This document shows, one piece after another, positions 55,757 to 64,000 of a stretch of 64,000 nt of DNA (its first letter is position 1; every line of letters begins with the position of its first letter). The translations under genes and the position numbers were made by a program. This DNA is from Candidatus Binatia bacterium. Its GTDB lineage: Bacteria; Desulfobacterota; Binatia; UBA9968; CAXXLF01. The stretch covers positions 1,152,001 through 1,216,000 of the forward strand of contig CAXXLF010000002.1 in the NCBI GenBank assembly GCA_963664015.2, written 5' to 3'. The notes beneath the pieces are model-generated. The model saw only the letters and a program-made list of their open reading frames with translations, searched no databases and was not told the DNA's origin.

Positions 55757-56400
55757 CCGCGAGTTTTCCTCCGGCGCGGCGTCCTGGCCTGTCTTTTCCG
55801 AGGTTGTGCTGGGGGCTGAGCTTTAAGTGCGGACTTGGGTGAGATCATCGTTTCGTTGGTCTTACGGGTAAAGTCCAGTACGAGCTCGATGCGATCCGAC
55901 CCCTTTAGAAGTATGATCTTCCCGGGTTCGACCTCGGCCAATTCAAATCCTCCCTGGCTATCGCCAAGGTCAACCCGCCGTAGTTGATTCGCTCCCCTTT
56001 TGCCCACAATCACGCCAGGACCTTTACTGCCCTGGCTTCCGTCCGTAGAGGACCGGGGGACCCGAATGATAGCCTGACGGGCACCTGGTGTAATCATTGT
56101 CCCCAGAAAGACAAAGTCTTGGGCTGGTTTGCGGTTCACAGAAGACGTCTCTGTTACCTTGCCGGGGCCACTGCCGCGCTTCGGATCAAAGAGGGTTTTA
56201 TTAACAATAGAGGCGATACTCAGAGAAAAAGGTTTGAGCCGTGGCTGGCTTTCAATGTCCGGTCCCGTACCTGCGTGTTTCTTCGGGGAAGCAGGAGGCG
56301 CCATCAGCGGTTCCTGCCAGAGCTGAAAAATCCTGTAACCGGCAAACACAATGGCGGCGAATATAACCAGGCTGAGAGTTGATGATCGCTTGAAGGGCAT
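55753..56400 (-). CDS. Hypothetical membrane-anchored protein (type II secretion GspC/PilP-like)
   Basis: N-terminal TM, IVNKTLFDPKR, FLGTMI...AII, LGDSQGGFELAEVEP beta pattern. Confidence 0.55.
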   Translation of the reverse strand: MPFKRSSTLSLVIFAAIVFAGYRIFQLWQEPLMAPPASPKKHAGTGPDIESQPRLKPFSLSIASIVNKTLFDPKRGSGPGKVTETSSVNRKPAQDFVFLGTMITPGARQAIIRVPRSSTDGSQGSKGPGVIVGKRGANQLRRVDLGDSQGGFELAEVEPGKIILLKGSDRIELVLDFTRKTNETMISPKSALKAQPPAQPRKRQARTPRRRKTRG

Positions 56401-56604
56401 TGGGAACCTTTTTCAGTGCGGATGCATGCCATCCGCCTCATTTCCTTTAGGTAACCGCATGAGTTTTTAATAGAGTCTCATCCCGCTGTCAATAAGACGG
56501 GAATCCGCCAGCGCGTTCAGGTTGATAGGGTTTGACCGATCGAATATCGTCGCCTCACTCAGCCCCAGCGACCTTTGTTAAGGAATTACCGAGATCTTCC
56601 GTGC

Positions 56605-56781
56605 CTGGGCCCAATCGGACCGCTGGCCACCGGATATATCCGGGACCTGACTGGAAGCTATTCTCTCGCATTCACTGTATTCGCGGGTGTCTTTCTCCTG
56701 ATGTTCGTGCTTATATTCTTTGCCACCCCTCCCTCAAAGGCCATCGCCGCATCCGGTACTGGTAGCGCTGAATCAAACTAA
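56605..56781 (+). pseudogene. C-terminal remnant of an MFS transporter paralog
   Basis: LGPIGPLATGYIRDLTGSYSLAF matches LGPLGPVFTGFIRDVTGSYTLAF at the end of 56905-58221. Confidence 0.75.
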
Positions 56782-56904
56782 AGAGTATGGGTTAAGGAAC
56801 CGAATAGGGTCCACCCTGCAAACTGGGAAGTTGTCGCCATTGGGCGTAGCCCCTTATCAAAGCCCGTTCAAAGCGTTCAAAGAAGGACCCGCTGAACCGT
56901 AGGA

Positions 56905-58221
56905 ATGAGTCTCCAACGCCCTCCCACCTTGCTCCCCATACCGCGTGTCTGGCCTTTCAAGCGCGTCTACTATGGATGGGCCATTGTTACAGCCGCCGTG
57001 CTTGCCTCCTTTGGTCAGGTCCCGGTATTTGGTCCGGTGCTCGGGGTCTTTATTTTTCCTATGCAGGAGGAACTCGGCTGGTCAAGACTCACCCTCTCCC
57101 TGGGCTTCACACTTGGCAGCATGACCGGGTCCGTCATAACGTATATTATCGGTTCGCTGCTTGACCGGTACGGCGCGCGAATTATCGTCGTGGCAACGGG
57201 AGTCATCATTACCGCAGCCATGTTAGGTCTGGCGGTGATGGATCAGCCCTGGCAATTCTGGACTTTTTTTGCCATGGGCCGCGGGGCGGCACTAGCAGGC
57301 ATCCAGATGGGCGCCTCCGTAGCTATCGCCAACTGGTTCGTCCGCAAGCGTGGCCGCGCCATCGCTATTAAAGGGATGGGACTCCGGATTGGTCAGGCCA
57401 CTTTCCCATTGGTCATATTTGCCATCATGGCAGCATCCACATGGCGCCATGCCTATCTTGCTCTGGCCGGCTTAACCTTTGTGTGTATCGTTTTGCCATC
57501 CGCGTTATTTATTCGGCGGCGGCCTGAAGACTTTGGACTCCATCCCGATGGCGCGACTCCCGACGCCTCAGCGCCTCGAGAAACTTCCAATACCCCGGGA
57601 TCCAGCCAAGACAGCAAAAAAGAAGATGAGGAGTCGTGGACGTTGTCCGAAGCCAGGAGGACCCGCACCTTATGGCTGCTCGTGCTCTTCACCCTTGTTG
57701 CACCGTTCGCTTTAGGCTCCATGAACCTCCACATGGTTGCAAATTTCCAGGACAAAGGAATCCCAGCCGGTTGGGCCGTCAGCGTTCTATCCATCTTCGC
57801 CGCCACCTCTTCGCTGACTGTTTTACCGTGGGGGTTTTTATTGGAGCGCGTCCACGTTCGTTACGCTTCCATGTTCATGTGTGTGTTCCATAGCATGGCG
57901 GTTGTCATGATCATCCTAGCGAATACTTATCCCATGGCCGTTGCCTTTGGAATTGTCTTCGGCATTGCTCAGGGTGGCTGGACGGTGATTCAGAACCTAA
58001 TTTTTTCGGATTACTTTGGACGTCGCCATGCGGGAGTCATAAGAGGATTCGTAGCACCGTTCAAGATCCTCGGTCCACTGGGCCCAGTGTTCACCGGATT
58101 CATTCGAGACGTGACCGGCAGTTACACTCTGGCCTTCAAGATCCTAGCTGGAACCTTTGTTATTATGTTCGTTCTCTTGATTCTGGCGGTTCCACCGAAA
58201 AAAGCGTCCTACTCAGAGTAG
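56905..58221 (+). CDS. MFS transporter (OFA/MCT-like)
   Basis: YYGW, GSLLDRYGAR motif A, NWFVRKRGRA, DYFGRRH, about 12 TM segments. Confidence 0.92.
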   Translation: MSLQRPPTLLPIPRVWPFKRVYYGWAIVTAAVLASFGQVPVFGPVLGVFIFPMQEELGWSRLTLSLGFTLGSMTGSVITYIIGSLLDRYGARIIVVATGVIITAAMLGLAVMDQPWQFWTFFAMGRGAALAGIQMGASVAIANWFVRKRGRAIAIKGMGLRIGQATFPLVIFAIMAASTWRHAYLALAGLTFVCIVLPSALFIRRRPEDFGLHPDGATPDASAPRETSNTPGSSQDSKKEDEESWTLSEARRTRTLWLLVLFTLVAPFALGSMNLHMVANFQDKGIPAGWAVSVLSIFAATSSLTVLPWGFLLERVHVRYASMFMCVFHSMAVVMIILANTYPMAVAFGIVFGIAQGGWTVIQNLIFSDYFGRRHAGVIRGFVAPFKILGPLGPVFTGFIRDVTGSYTLAFKILAGTFVIMFVLLILAVPPKKASYSE

Positions 58222-58335
58222 GAATTTAAAGGGGGTTCATAAAACGCCTTGCCTTCAAATAGAAAGGCATCGTCGCGCGAGCCTTCTTTTACCCGTTACC
58301 GTAAAATACAACCAAAAAATTGAGATTGGGTTGCT

Positions 58336-58492
58336 TAGCAGGTTACTGAAAAATTATGTTGGCAGACTGTTCAAAAAGATCTCAGAGGCGAGGCGCGCGA
58401 AAGATCGGCGAGCGGAAGCGTCCTTGCGTGGTACGTGGGAGTGAGACGATTGAGCGCAACGAAGCATATGAGGCTTTTTCAGTAGCCTGCTA
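58336..58492. mobile_element. MITE with 18-bp terminal inverted repeats
   Basis: TAGCAGGTTACTGAAAAA (58336-58353) and TTTTTCAGTAGCCTGCTA (58475-58492), 17/18 complementary. No ORF inside. Confidence 0.75.
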
Positions 58493-59272
58493 GAGTTTAA
58501 AGCGGCGCACGTACCCCCGCAGAACCAGTGCCCAAACCTTGACCGTCATCTCCGCCGCGTATTCCATGCTCCAGTTGAACCTTGTTTCAGTCAAACCGTG
58601 TTCAAATACCTGGCGCAGCATGATGGCGTTTTCTTCCCGGGTGCCTAAAGCGCCACCGCCCTCTTTGTCTTTGTCCAAGCGGCTGTTCATCGCCCAGTAT
58701 TCGATTGCTTCACCGCTCAATCCGCATTGCTTGTCCAGCGCTTTGCACCACAGCCGCGCATATGGCGAGAGGGCACTACCAATCTGCGCGGCCACAACCT
58801 CCGCAAACGTCCCTTCTGAATGCAACCGTCCCAAGTAGGCAACCAGTCCTCTAAGATCCGTACTCCGTGGCGGGTCGTTCACTTGGACCTCCGAGATGCC
58901 AATAGCGAAGAGAAGGTTTCGCAGCAGGATCGTTCGGCCACCGGCCATGGGACGGGTCAGCTCGTTGGAAATCCTTTCCAGATACTCTTCTTCAATTACG
59001 ACGTAGGTGCGGCTGATATCGACGAAGCGTTTGTAGAGACGGCTGAAGCTTGCCGCCATCTCTCGATGAAAGACATACCAGTCTAGGCTCGCCGCATGGA
59101 TGGCTTCCAACGGCAGATCACAGGCCTCCAGGCGCAGTGTGAAGGGGTGATTTAAGATATAAGTGCGAACCAGTTCATCGGTAGTCTTTAGGAAACGGTC
59201 CGCTTGAGCATCGGCTTCGGCGACGGGAAGCTCTACCCGTTGGACTGAACTGGCTTGCGCTGGGTTCACCAT
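58490..59272 (-). CDS. TenA/PqqC-like protein with degenerate metal ligands
   Basis: ILNHPFTLRLEACDLPLE...RISNELTRP...EGTFAE...TRFNWSMEY aligns along 50044-50844, but the His/Glu ligands are replaced. Confidence 0.7.
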   Translation of the reverse strand: MVNPAQASSVQRVELPVAEADAQADRFLKTTDELVRTYILNHPFTLRLEACDLPLEAIHAASLDWYVFHREMAASFSRLYKRFVDISRTYVVIEEEYLERISNELTRPMAGGRTILLRNLLFAIGISEVQVNDPPRSTDLRGLVAYLGRLHSEGTFAEVVAAQIGSALSPYARLWCKALDKQCGLSGEAIEYWAMNSRLDKDKEGGGALGTREENAIMLRQVFEHGLTETRFNWSMEYAAEMTVKVWALVLRGYVRRFKL

Positions 59273-59321
59273 TGCACAGCACCTAAGGACACTCCGTGGA
59301 ACACCGTGATTTAAAATCCAG

Positions 59322-60920
59322 TCACGGTTTGACCCGCCCGGACTTAGCCTTTTCGCCGGTTATGAAATGGTCGCCTTTTAATGCAAGCTGGGCCTCTTCC
59401 ACGTCCTGGTCGCTCCAAACACCCAGGCTGTAACCGTACCAAGGCATGCGGGGCTTCAATTTGGGCAAGCCCAGCTCTTCCCAGATTCCCTTGGCATTCT
59501 CCATTATATCCTTACGCGGCAGAGAAACCGGCATATAGGGCCAGGGCCGGGTCGCGTCGATCAACAGGGTTGTCATTTCTGCTTCTCTGCGCTGTTGGTT
59601 AGTGGCCGATGGCGGTGCTGCCGACGGGTCCAGGCCAGGATATTTCCCCTTGCCAATCACGACGTCCTTATCGGGGATGACATTAAAACAGATTGCCCAG
59701 TTGACCATGGCCGGGTCGCGGATATCGACATCCTCGTCGACAGCGATAGCGATTTTTGCAAAGGGTCCGACAAACCCAGCTGTCGCGTGCAAGGCCCGCC
59801 AGACCTCGGAAGTAAGGTGTTTCTTCATTTTGATAACGCAATAGGATTGGCCGCTCCCGCTCACTTCGTCATGAAGGGCAACATCGAGCACACTGGAATT
59901 TCCGCTATCGTATCGCAGGTACTTGTAAAGAATCTTTTCAGTCCCCATATGCTTGATCTTGCTGCTCTCACTGGGAGGGAACTGACTAATGAGAGCGGAA
60001 TAGATGGCATCCTGACGGTGAGTTATGGCCGTGACTTCCATATAGGGCGAAAGTCCCCGTGGCCCCATGTAGCCGGGATACTCGCCGAACGGCCCTTCGG
60101 GCTCGACAAAATCCGTGGGGATGATTCCTTCGATGACTAATTCGGCGGTGGCCGGCACCTCGATATCCACCGTGGCGCACCTGACCAGTTCTATAGGTTG
60201 TCCGGCGAGCCCTCCGGCCAGACGGTATTCATCGAAATCAAACGGGATCTTTGCAGTTGCCGCGTAGGCAACGGCCGGAATAGCACCTACGATAACGGCG
60301 GCCTCCAACGGTTTGCCCATGGCCATGCACTTTCTCCAGTGTTGCCCCATGTGTTGCCCGGTGAAAAACCCTCCCGTACGGGTCGAACTTTTGATCTGCC
60401 CCCGATAGTTTCCGATGTTGTATATGCCGCTCTCAGGATCCTTGGATACCCAGTTGGCCGAAGTCAGATATGGCCCATTATCAAAACCAGGGGTGGAAAT
60501 GGGCACAGGAATCCTTTCCAGCCCGTGACCGTTACGAAGGTCGTCTCCCTGCCAGACCACCTCTTGGACCGGTCCCGACCGAACGGTTGTGGGAGAGATG
60601 GCCCTTAACTGAGCATTGGTCCATCGGTCGTGGATCTCTTCCGGCTTGCACATAAGCCCGATGGCATAGATCTCAGACGATGCAGCGAGGGTTCCAACAG
60701 AGACGGGCATGTCATAGCGTTGGCCTTTGGAATCGATCACCTTCTCGAAGAGAAAGGCCTTCCTCTGTTCCTCGTCCAGGCCGCGGAACTGCCAGCGCAC
60801 GAGCGGCATGAGCTCCGTATCTTTGTTTATTTCGCGGCTGATCCTAACCAGTTTGTCCTGTTGCTCCAGCGCCGCCAGATGCTCTCTCACATCCTGGTAG
60901 TATTTCCTTTTTTGCTCCAT
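59322..60920 (-). CDS. UbiD-family (prFMN) decarboxylase
   Basis: GNYRGQ, PATAELVIEG, EGPFGEYPGY, AVDEDVD, IDAT. Shares SQFPPSESS with the 52032 paralog. Confidence 0.92.
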   Translation of the reverse strand: MEQKRKYYQDVREHLAALEQQDKLVRISREINKDTELMPLVRWQFRGLDEEQRKAFLFEKVIDSKGQRYDMPVSVGTLAASSEIYAIGLMCKPEEIHDRWTNAQLRAISPTTVRSGPVQEVVWQGDDLRNGHGLERIPVPISTPGFDNGPYLTSANWVSKDPESGIYNIGNYRGQIKSSTRTGGFFTGQHMGQHWRKCMAMGKPLEAAVIVGAIPAVAYAATAKIPFDFDEYRLAGGLAGQPIELVRCATVDIEVPATAELVIEGIIPTDFVEPEGPFGEYPGYMGPRGLSPYMEVTAITHRQDAIYSALISQFPPSESSKIKHMGTEKILYKYLRYDSGNSSVLDVALHDEVSGSGQSYCVIKMKKHLTSEVWRALHATAGFVGPFAKIAIAVDEDVDIRDPAMVNWAICFNVIPDKDVVIGKGKYPGLDPSAAPPSATNQQRREAEMTTLLIDATRPWPYMPVSLPRKDIMENAKGIWEELGLPKLKPRMPWYGYSLGVWSDQDVEEAQLALKGDHFITGEKAKSGRVKP

Positions 60921-61514
60921 GTGATTTCCCTATACTAGGTAAGATTGGTATGTTGGAAAGGGCTTCAGGTAATTTTACTTAGAATGGCATTAATTTGGTT
61001 TGATCTCATTAACATTGACAAACTATACTGTCAAGCCTCACCCCCAAGGTTCGCAGCAAACGGATGTCCTGCGCGTTTACGTTTTGTTGCACTGCATTGC
61101 CAAGGAGATCACTTTTCAGTGACCGATTCGAACATTCTGTTGATAAACGGACGCCCTCCAGTGGCCCAGAACTTGCATAACCCATTCACCACAACGAGGG
61201 TTCGTCCATCGCATTCCTCCATGAGCTTATGCCCATGATCTACTGAGAAGGCGGATAATCCAGCTTTGCCACCACGAGTTTCGTAATATGGGCTGGTAAT
61301 TTCCTTGACCTATGGGCCCGAAGCGATAAGATCAACTGGTTTCAAAGGGTCAACAGCGGAGAAATCCACCCTCATCGGAATTCCGCTAAGGAAAGAAAGA
61401 AACGGATTATAGGCACGGGCCCCCCCGGCAGGTAAGGAAGACCGCCGAAGGCCCCATTGAATCCCATCACTGGAGTTCCTCCCGGAAATTTGTTCCCTTA
61501 AGGAGACCAAGAAT

Positions 61515-63404
61515 ATGTCATTTTTCCCCCAACATCGCACCACCCCTCTCCCCGGTGGTTACATGGGCAAGATCCTACGGGTCAATCTCACCTCTGGGTC
61601 CATAAAAGATGAGAACCTTCCCGAGGAACCCGTACTCCGAAGATTCATCGGCGGCCAGGCACTGGCGTCATACATCCTGCTCAAGGAATTGCCCCTGGAC
61701 GCTACGCCCTTCGGGCCTGAAAACAAGGTCGTGCTGATGACCGGACCTATCACGGGAAACGGATTGACACCGGGCGGCACCAAGTTTACGTCCGTGTACC
61801 TGAGTCCCCTCACAGGCAATACACTGGGGCGTGGAGCGTCCAGCGGGTTCTGGGGAATCTATCTCAAGGCCGCCGGTTACGATGGGCTCATCATTGAAGG
61901 AGCCGCATCGGAGCCTACTTACCTGTTCATCCATGAGGGCAAGGTAGAGCTACGCGATGCTACCAAGTTTTGGGGACAAGGGACGAGGGCAACGGAGGAC
62001 AACCTGCGCGAAGAGGTAGGGTTCAAAGACGCCAAGGTCCTCTGTATGGGCCCGGCAGGGGAAAATCTCAACCATGCTGCTATGTTGTGCAATGACTACA
62101 ACCATTTTGCTGCTCATAGCGGCGGAGCGGTCTTCGGGTCGAAAAAGCTCAAGGCAATCGTAGTTCATGGGACTTTACGCCCGAGGATTCAGAACAAAGA
62201 CGGCCTATTGGACGCAGGAATGCGCTGGCGCAAGATTTTGACCCCGCAGAAAGTCGAAGAGAAAAAAACCAAGATGGGCCACGGCGAGTCCTGGGGTGCG
62301 CTCAACAACCTCAACTGGCGTAGCACTGAAATTGCGGACCATAACCGCGGCTTCAATCAGAACCGCGTCGTGCTCCGGCCTTGCTTTCAATGTGCAAGGC
62401 TTTGCCCTTGGGATGTGGAGATTCAGGAAGGGCCACACAAAGGGACCCTGGCCCATTTTAATGCCGGGGGCGAATGGCTCGATGCCTTCTTTAATCTCGG
62501 GATTAAAGGCAACTCGGTCTTGTATCTGTCAGAGCGCATCAATGATCTCGGCATCGAGTGCAGCCACTTCTCCTGCGGTGCAGGGGTTGCCTTCGAAGCC
62601 TGGGAAAAGGGCATGCTCAAATTGGAACAAACCGAAGGACTGAAACTGGAATGGGGAAGTGTCGAAGCAGTTGAAGGGTTATTAGAGATGGCCGCTCGCC
62701 GCCAGGGGTGGCTGGGGAATCTCCTGGCCGACGGTCCCAAGCAGCTCGCCGAGGCGATCGGAGGCGACGCACCCAACTGGGCAGTGCACACTAAAGGCGG
62801 GACTCCGGCCATGCACGAGTGGCGACCGCTACTTGGACAGATGCTGAGAGAGCTAGTTAGTAGTGGAGGGATGAAACCGCAGGGGGGAGGGTCTGTAAAC
62901 CCTCCACCGGACCTCAGCGAACGCGAGAAATGGGGGCCGCTGAATCGGGATGACCCAAAGGGCTGGCCCCGCTCACAAGTTATCTCAGAACAGTACCGGC
63001 AATTCTGCGGCATCATCGGCGGTTGCTGGTTTGCTCAGGTCCCTAACAAGCCCGACGGTCTCAACTGTATCAGAGACACCCTCAACGCAACGACGGGGTG
63101 GGATTTCGACATGGAAGAGGTTCTAGACGCCGGTCACCGGAGTATGATCCTGCAGAGTATTTTTGGAACTCAGCGGGGATGGATAGCAGAACTGGACTGG
63201 AAGGATGTGGGACCGAGATTCCTAGAGCCTATTCCTGACGGCAAATATAAGGGCTTTACCATCGCCAAGTGGCTACCCGACATGATCTACGAATACCACC
63301 GGCTATGCGAGCGAGACGAAAAGACCGGTCGTCCCTTGAAACAGCTCTTGGAAAGACTCGGCCTGGACGAGTTCATGGAGTGGAGCCAGCCTGACTCGAA
63401 TTAG
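61515..63404 (+). CDS. Aldehyde:ferredoxin oxidoreductase (W/Mo AOR family)
   Basis: GYMGKILRVNL, LKAAGYDGLIIEG, GPAGENL, GAVFGSKKLKAI, CFQCARLC, GGCWF. Confidence 0.92.
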   Translation: MSFFPQHRTTPLPGGYMGKILRVNLTSGSIKDENLPEEPVLRRFIGGQALASYILLKELPLDATPFGPENKVVLMTGPITGNGLTPGGTKFTSVYLSPLTGNTLGRGASSGFWGIYLKAAGYDGLIIEGAASEPTYLFIHEGKVELRDATKFWGQGTRATEDNLREEVGFKDAKVLCMGPAGENLNHAAMLCNDYNHFAAHSGGAVFGSKKLKAIVVHGTLRPRIQNKDGLLDAGMRWRKILTPQKVEEKKTKMGHGESWGALNNLNWRSTEIADHNRGFNQNRVVLRPCFQCARLCPWDVEIQEGPHKGTLAHFNAGGEWLDAFFNLGIKGNSVLYLSERINDLGIECSHFSCGAGVAFEAWEKGMLKLEQTEGLKLEWGSVEAVEGLLEMAARRQGWLGNLLADGPKQLAEAIGGDAPNWAVHTKGGTPAMHEWRPLLGQMLRELVSSGGMKPQGGGSVNPPPDLSEREKWGPLNRDDPKGWPRSQVISEQYRQFCGIIGGCWFAQVPNKPDGLNCIRDTLNATTGWDFDMEEVLDAGHRSMILQSIFGTQRGWIAELDWKDVGPRFLEPIPDGKYKGFTIAKWLPDMIYEYHRLCERDEKTGRPLKQLLERLGLDEFMEWSQPDSN

Positions 63405-63602
63405 ACAAGAGCAAAGGGTCCTTGCTCTATGCGCTATGCAGTAAATTCTATGCGGCCCTCTGGGCGCATCCGTGGGAAGCCTGCCAAATTGCTAGAATCA
63501 TTAAACTATTATGGGGCAATTTCAAACTTGGAACGAATTTTCCCCGCTCATTGACACCCGGTTTCCATCCCAATATAAGAACCTATCCCGAAATTCGGAT
63601 TC

Positions 63603-63746
63603 CTAGGCTCTGACCGTACAGCGCAGGCTATATGTCTGGCCGGATCCTGTGGGATTCCATTGGGAATGATTGGGGTAGAATTCGGACTCCAGGTAACTCC
63701 AAGTTTCGACACTTTCCTCCACGTGGGCATCTGCATCAATAACCAT
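63603..63746 (-). pseudogene. Amidohydrolase_2 N-terminal remnant (47 aa)
   Basis: Manual translation MVIDADAHVEESVETWSYLESEFYP, then unrelated sequence and a stop. GAGGAG SD upstream. Confidence 0.7.
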
Positions 63747-63788
63747 CTTTCGTTATCTCCTCAAAAACTGTTTGTTCACGGTCTTGGT

Positions 63789-64000
63789 CTAGCTACCGCC
63801 ATGGGCATCAAGGATCGCTCCGTTGACAAAGGCCGCAGCCTCCGAGGCCAGGAACAGGGCCACCCCCCCAATATCATCGGCCACACCCACCCGTCCCACG
63901 GCGATGCGCTTCGCCGCATTTGCGAGGGCACCTCTGTCGGTTCCGACCCTGGGTGTGTTGATCATGCCCGGGGCGATGCAGTTGACACGGACATCGGGGC
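63789..64000 (-). CDS. SDR family oxidoreductase (C-terminal part, runs in from window end)
   Basis: PDVRVNCIAPGMINT...GRVGVADDIGGVALFLASEAAAFVNGAILDAHGGS*. Confidence 0.85.
   Translation of the reverse strand, partial: PDVRVNCIAPGMINTPRVGTDRGALANAAKRIAVGRVGVADDIGGVALFLASEAAAFVNGAILDAHGGS

Overview
Bacterial chromosomal window. The gene content (many amidohydrolase_2, UbiD, cupin and orphan solute-binding protein paralogs, plus the zapA-6S-fau-rny-ymdB-tyrS order) suggests a deltaproteobacterial-type lineage such as Candidatus Binatia; this is an inference, testable with the 16S gene. A housekeeping core at about 23-41.6 kb holds a full rRNA operon with tRNA-Ile and tRNA-Ala, tyrS, ymdB, rny, 5-FCL, 6S RNA, zapA, ftsY, smc, an HNH gene and rng. 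It is flanked by accessory catabolic regions with many gene remnants. Main points: (1) a deiodinase-like selenoprotein read through an in-frame UGA (FGSIT-U-PPF) with an fdhF-like SECIS, plus a decayed paralog; (2) two UbiD decarboxylases, each near a PqqC/TenA (heme-oxygenase-fold) protein, one with intact and one with lost metal ligands, near an aldolase and an AOR; (3) ordered stacks of 7-9-nt repeat blocks that bracket tandem cupins and form nested inverted repeats around a SHOCT gene; (4) a synonymously diverged copy of the mltD 3' end bounding a Fic/HTH plus SBP segment. Single-base indels in conserved genes such as rny and 5-FCL suggest residual sequencing error, so frameshift-only pseudogene calls are tentative.
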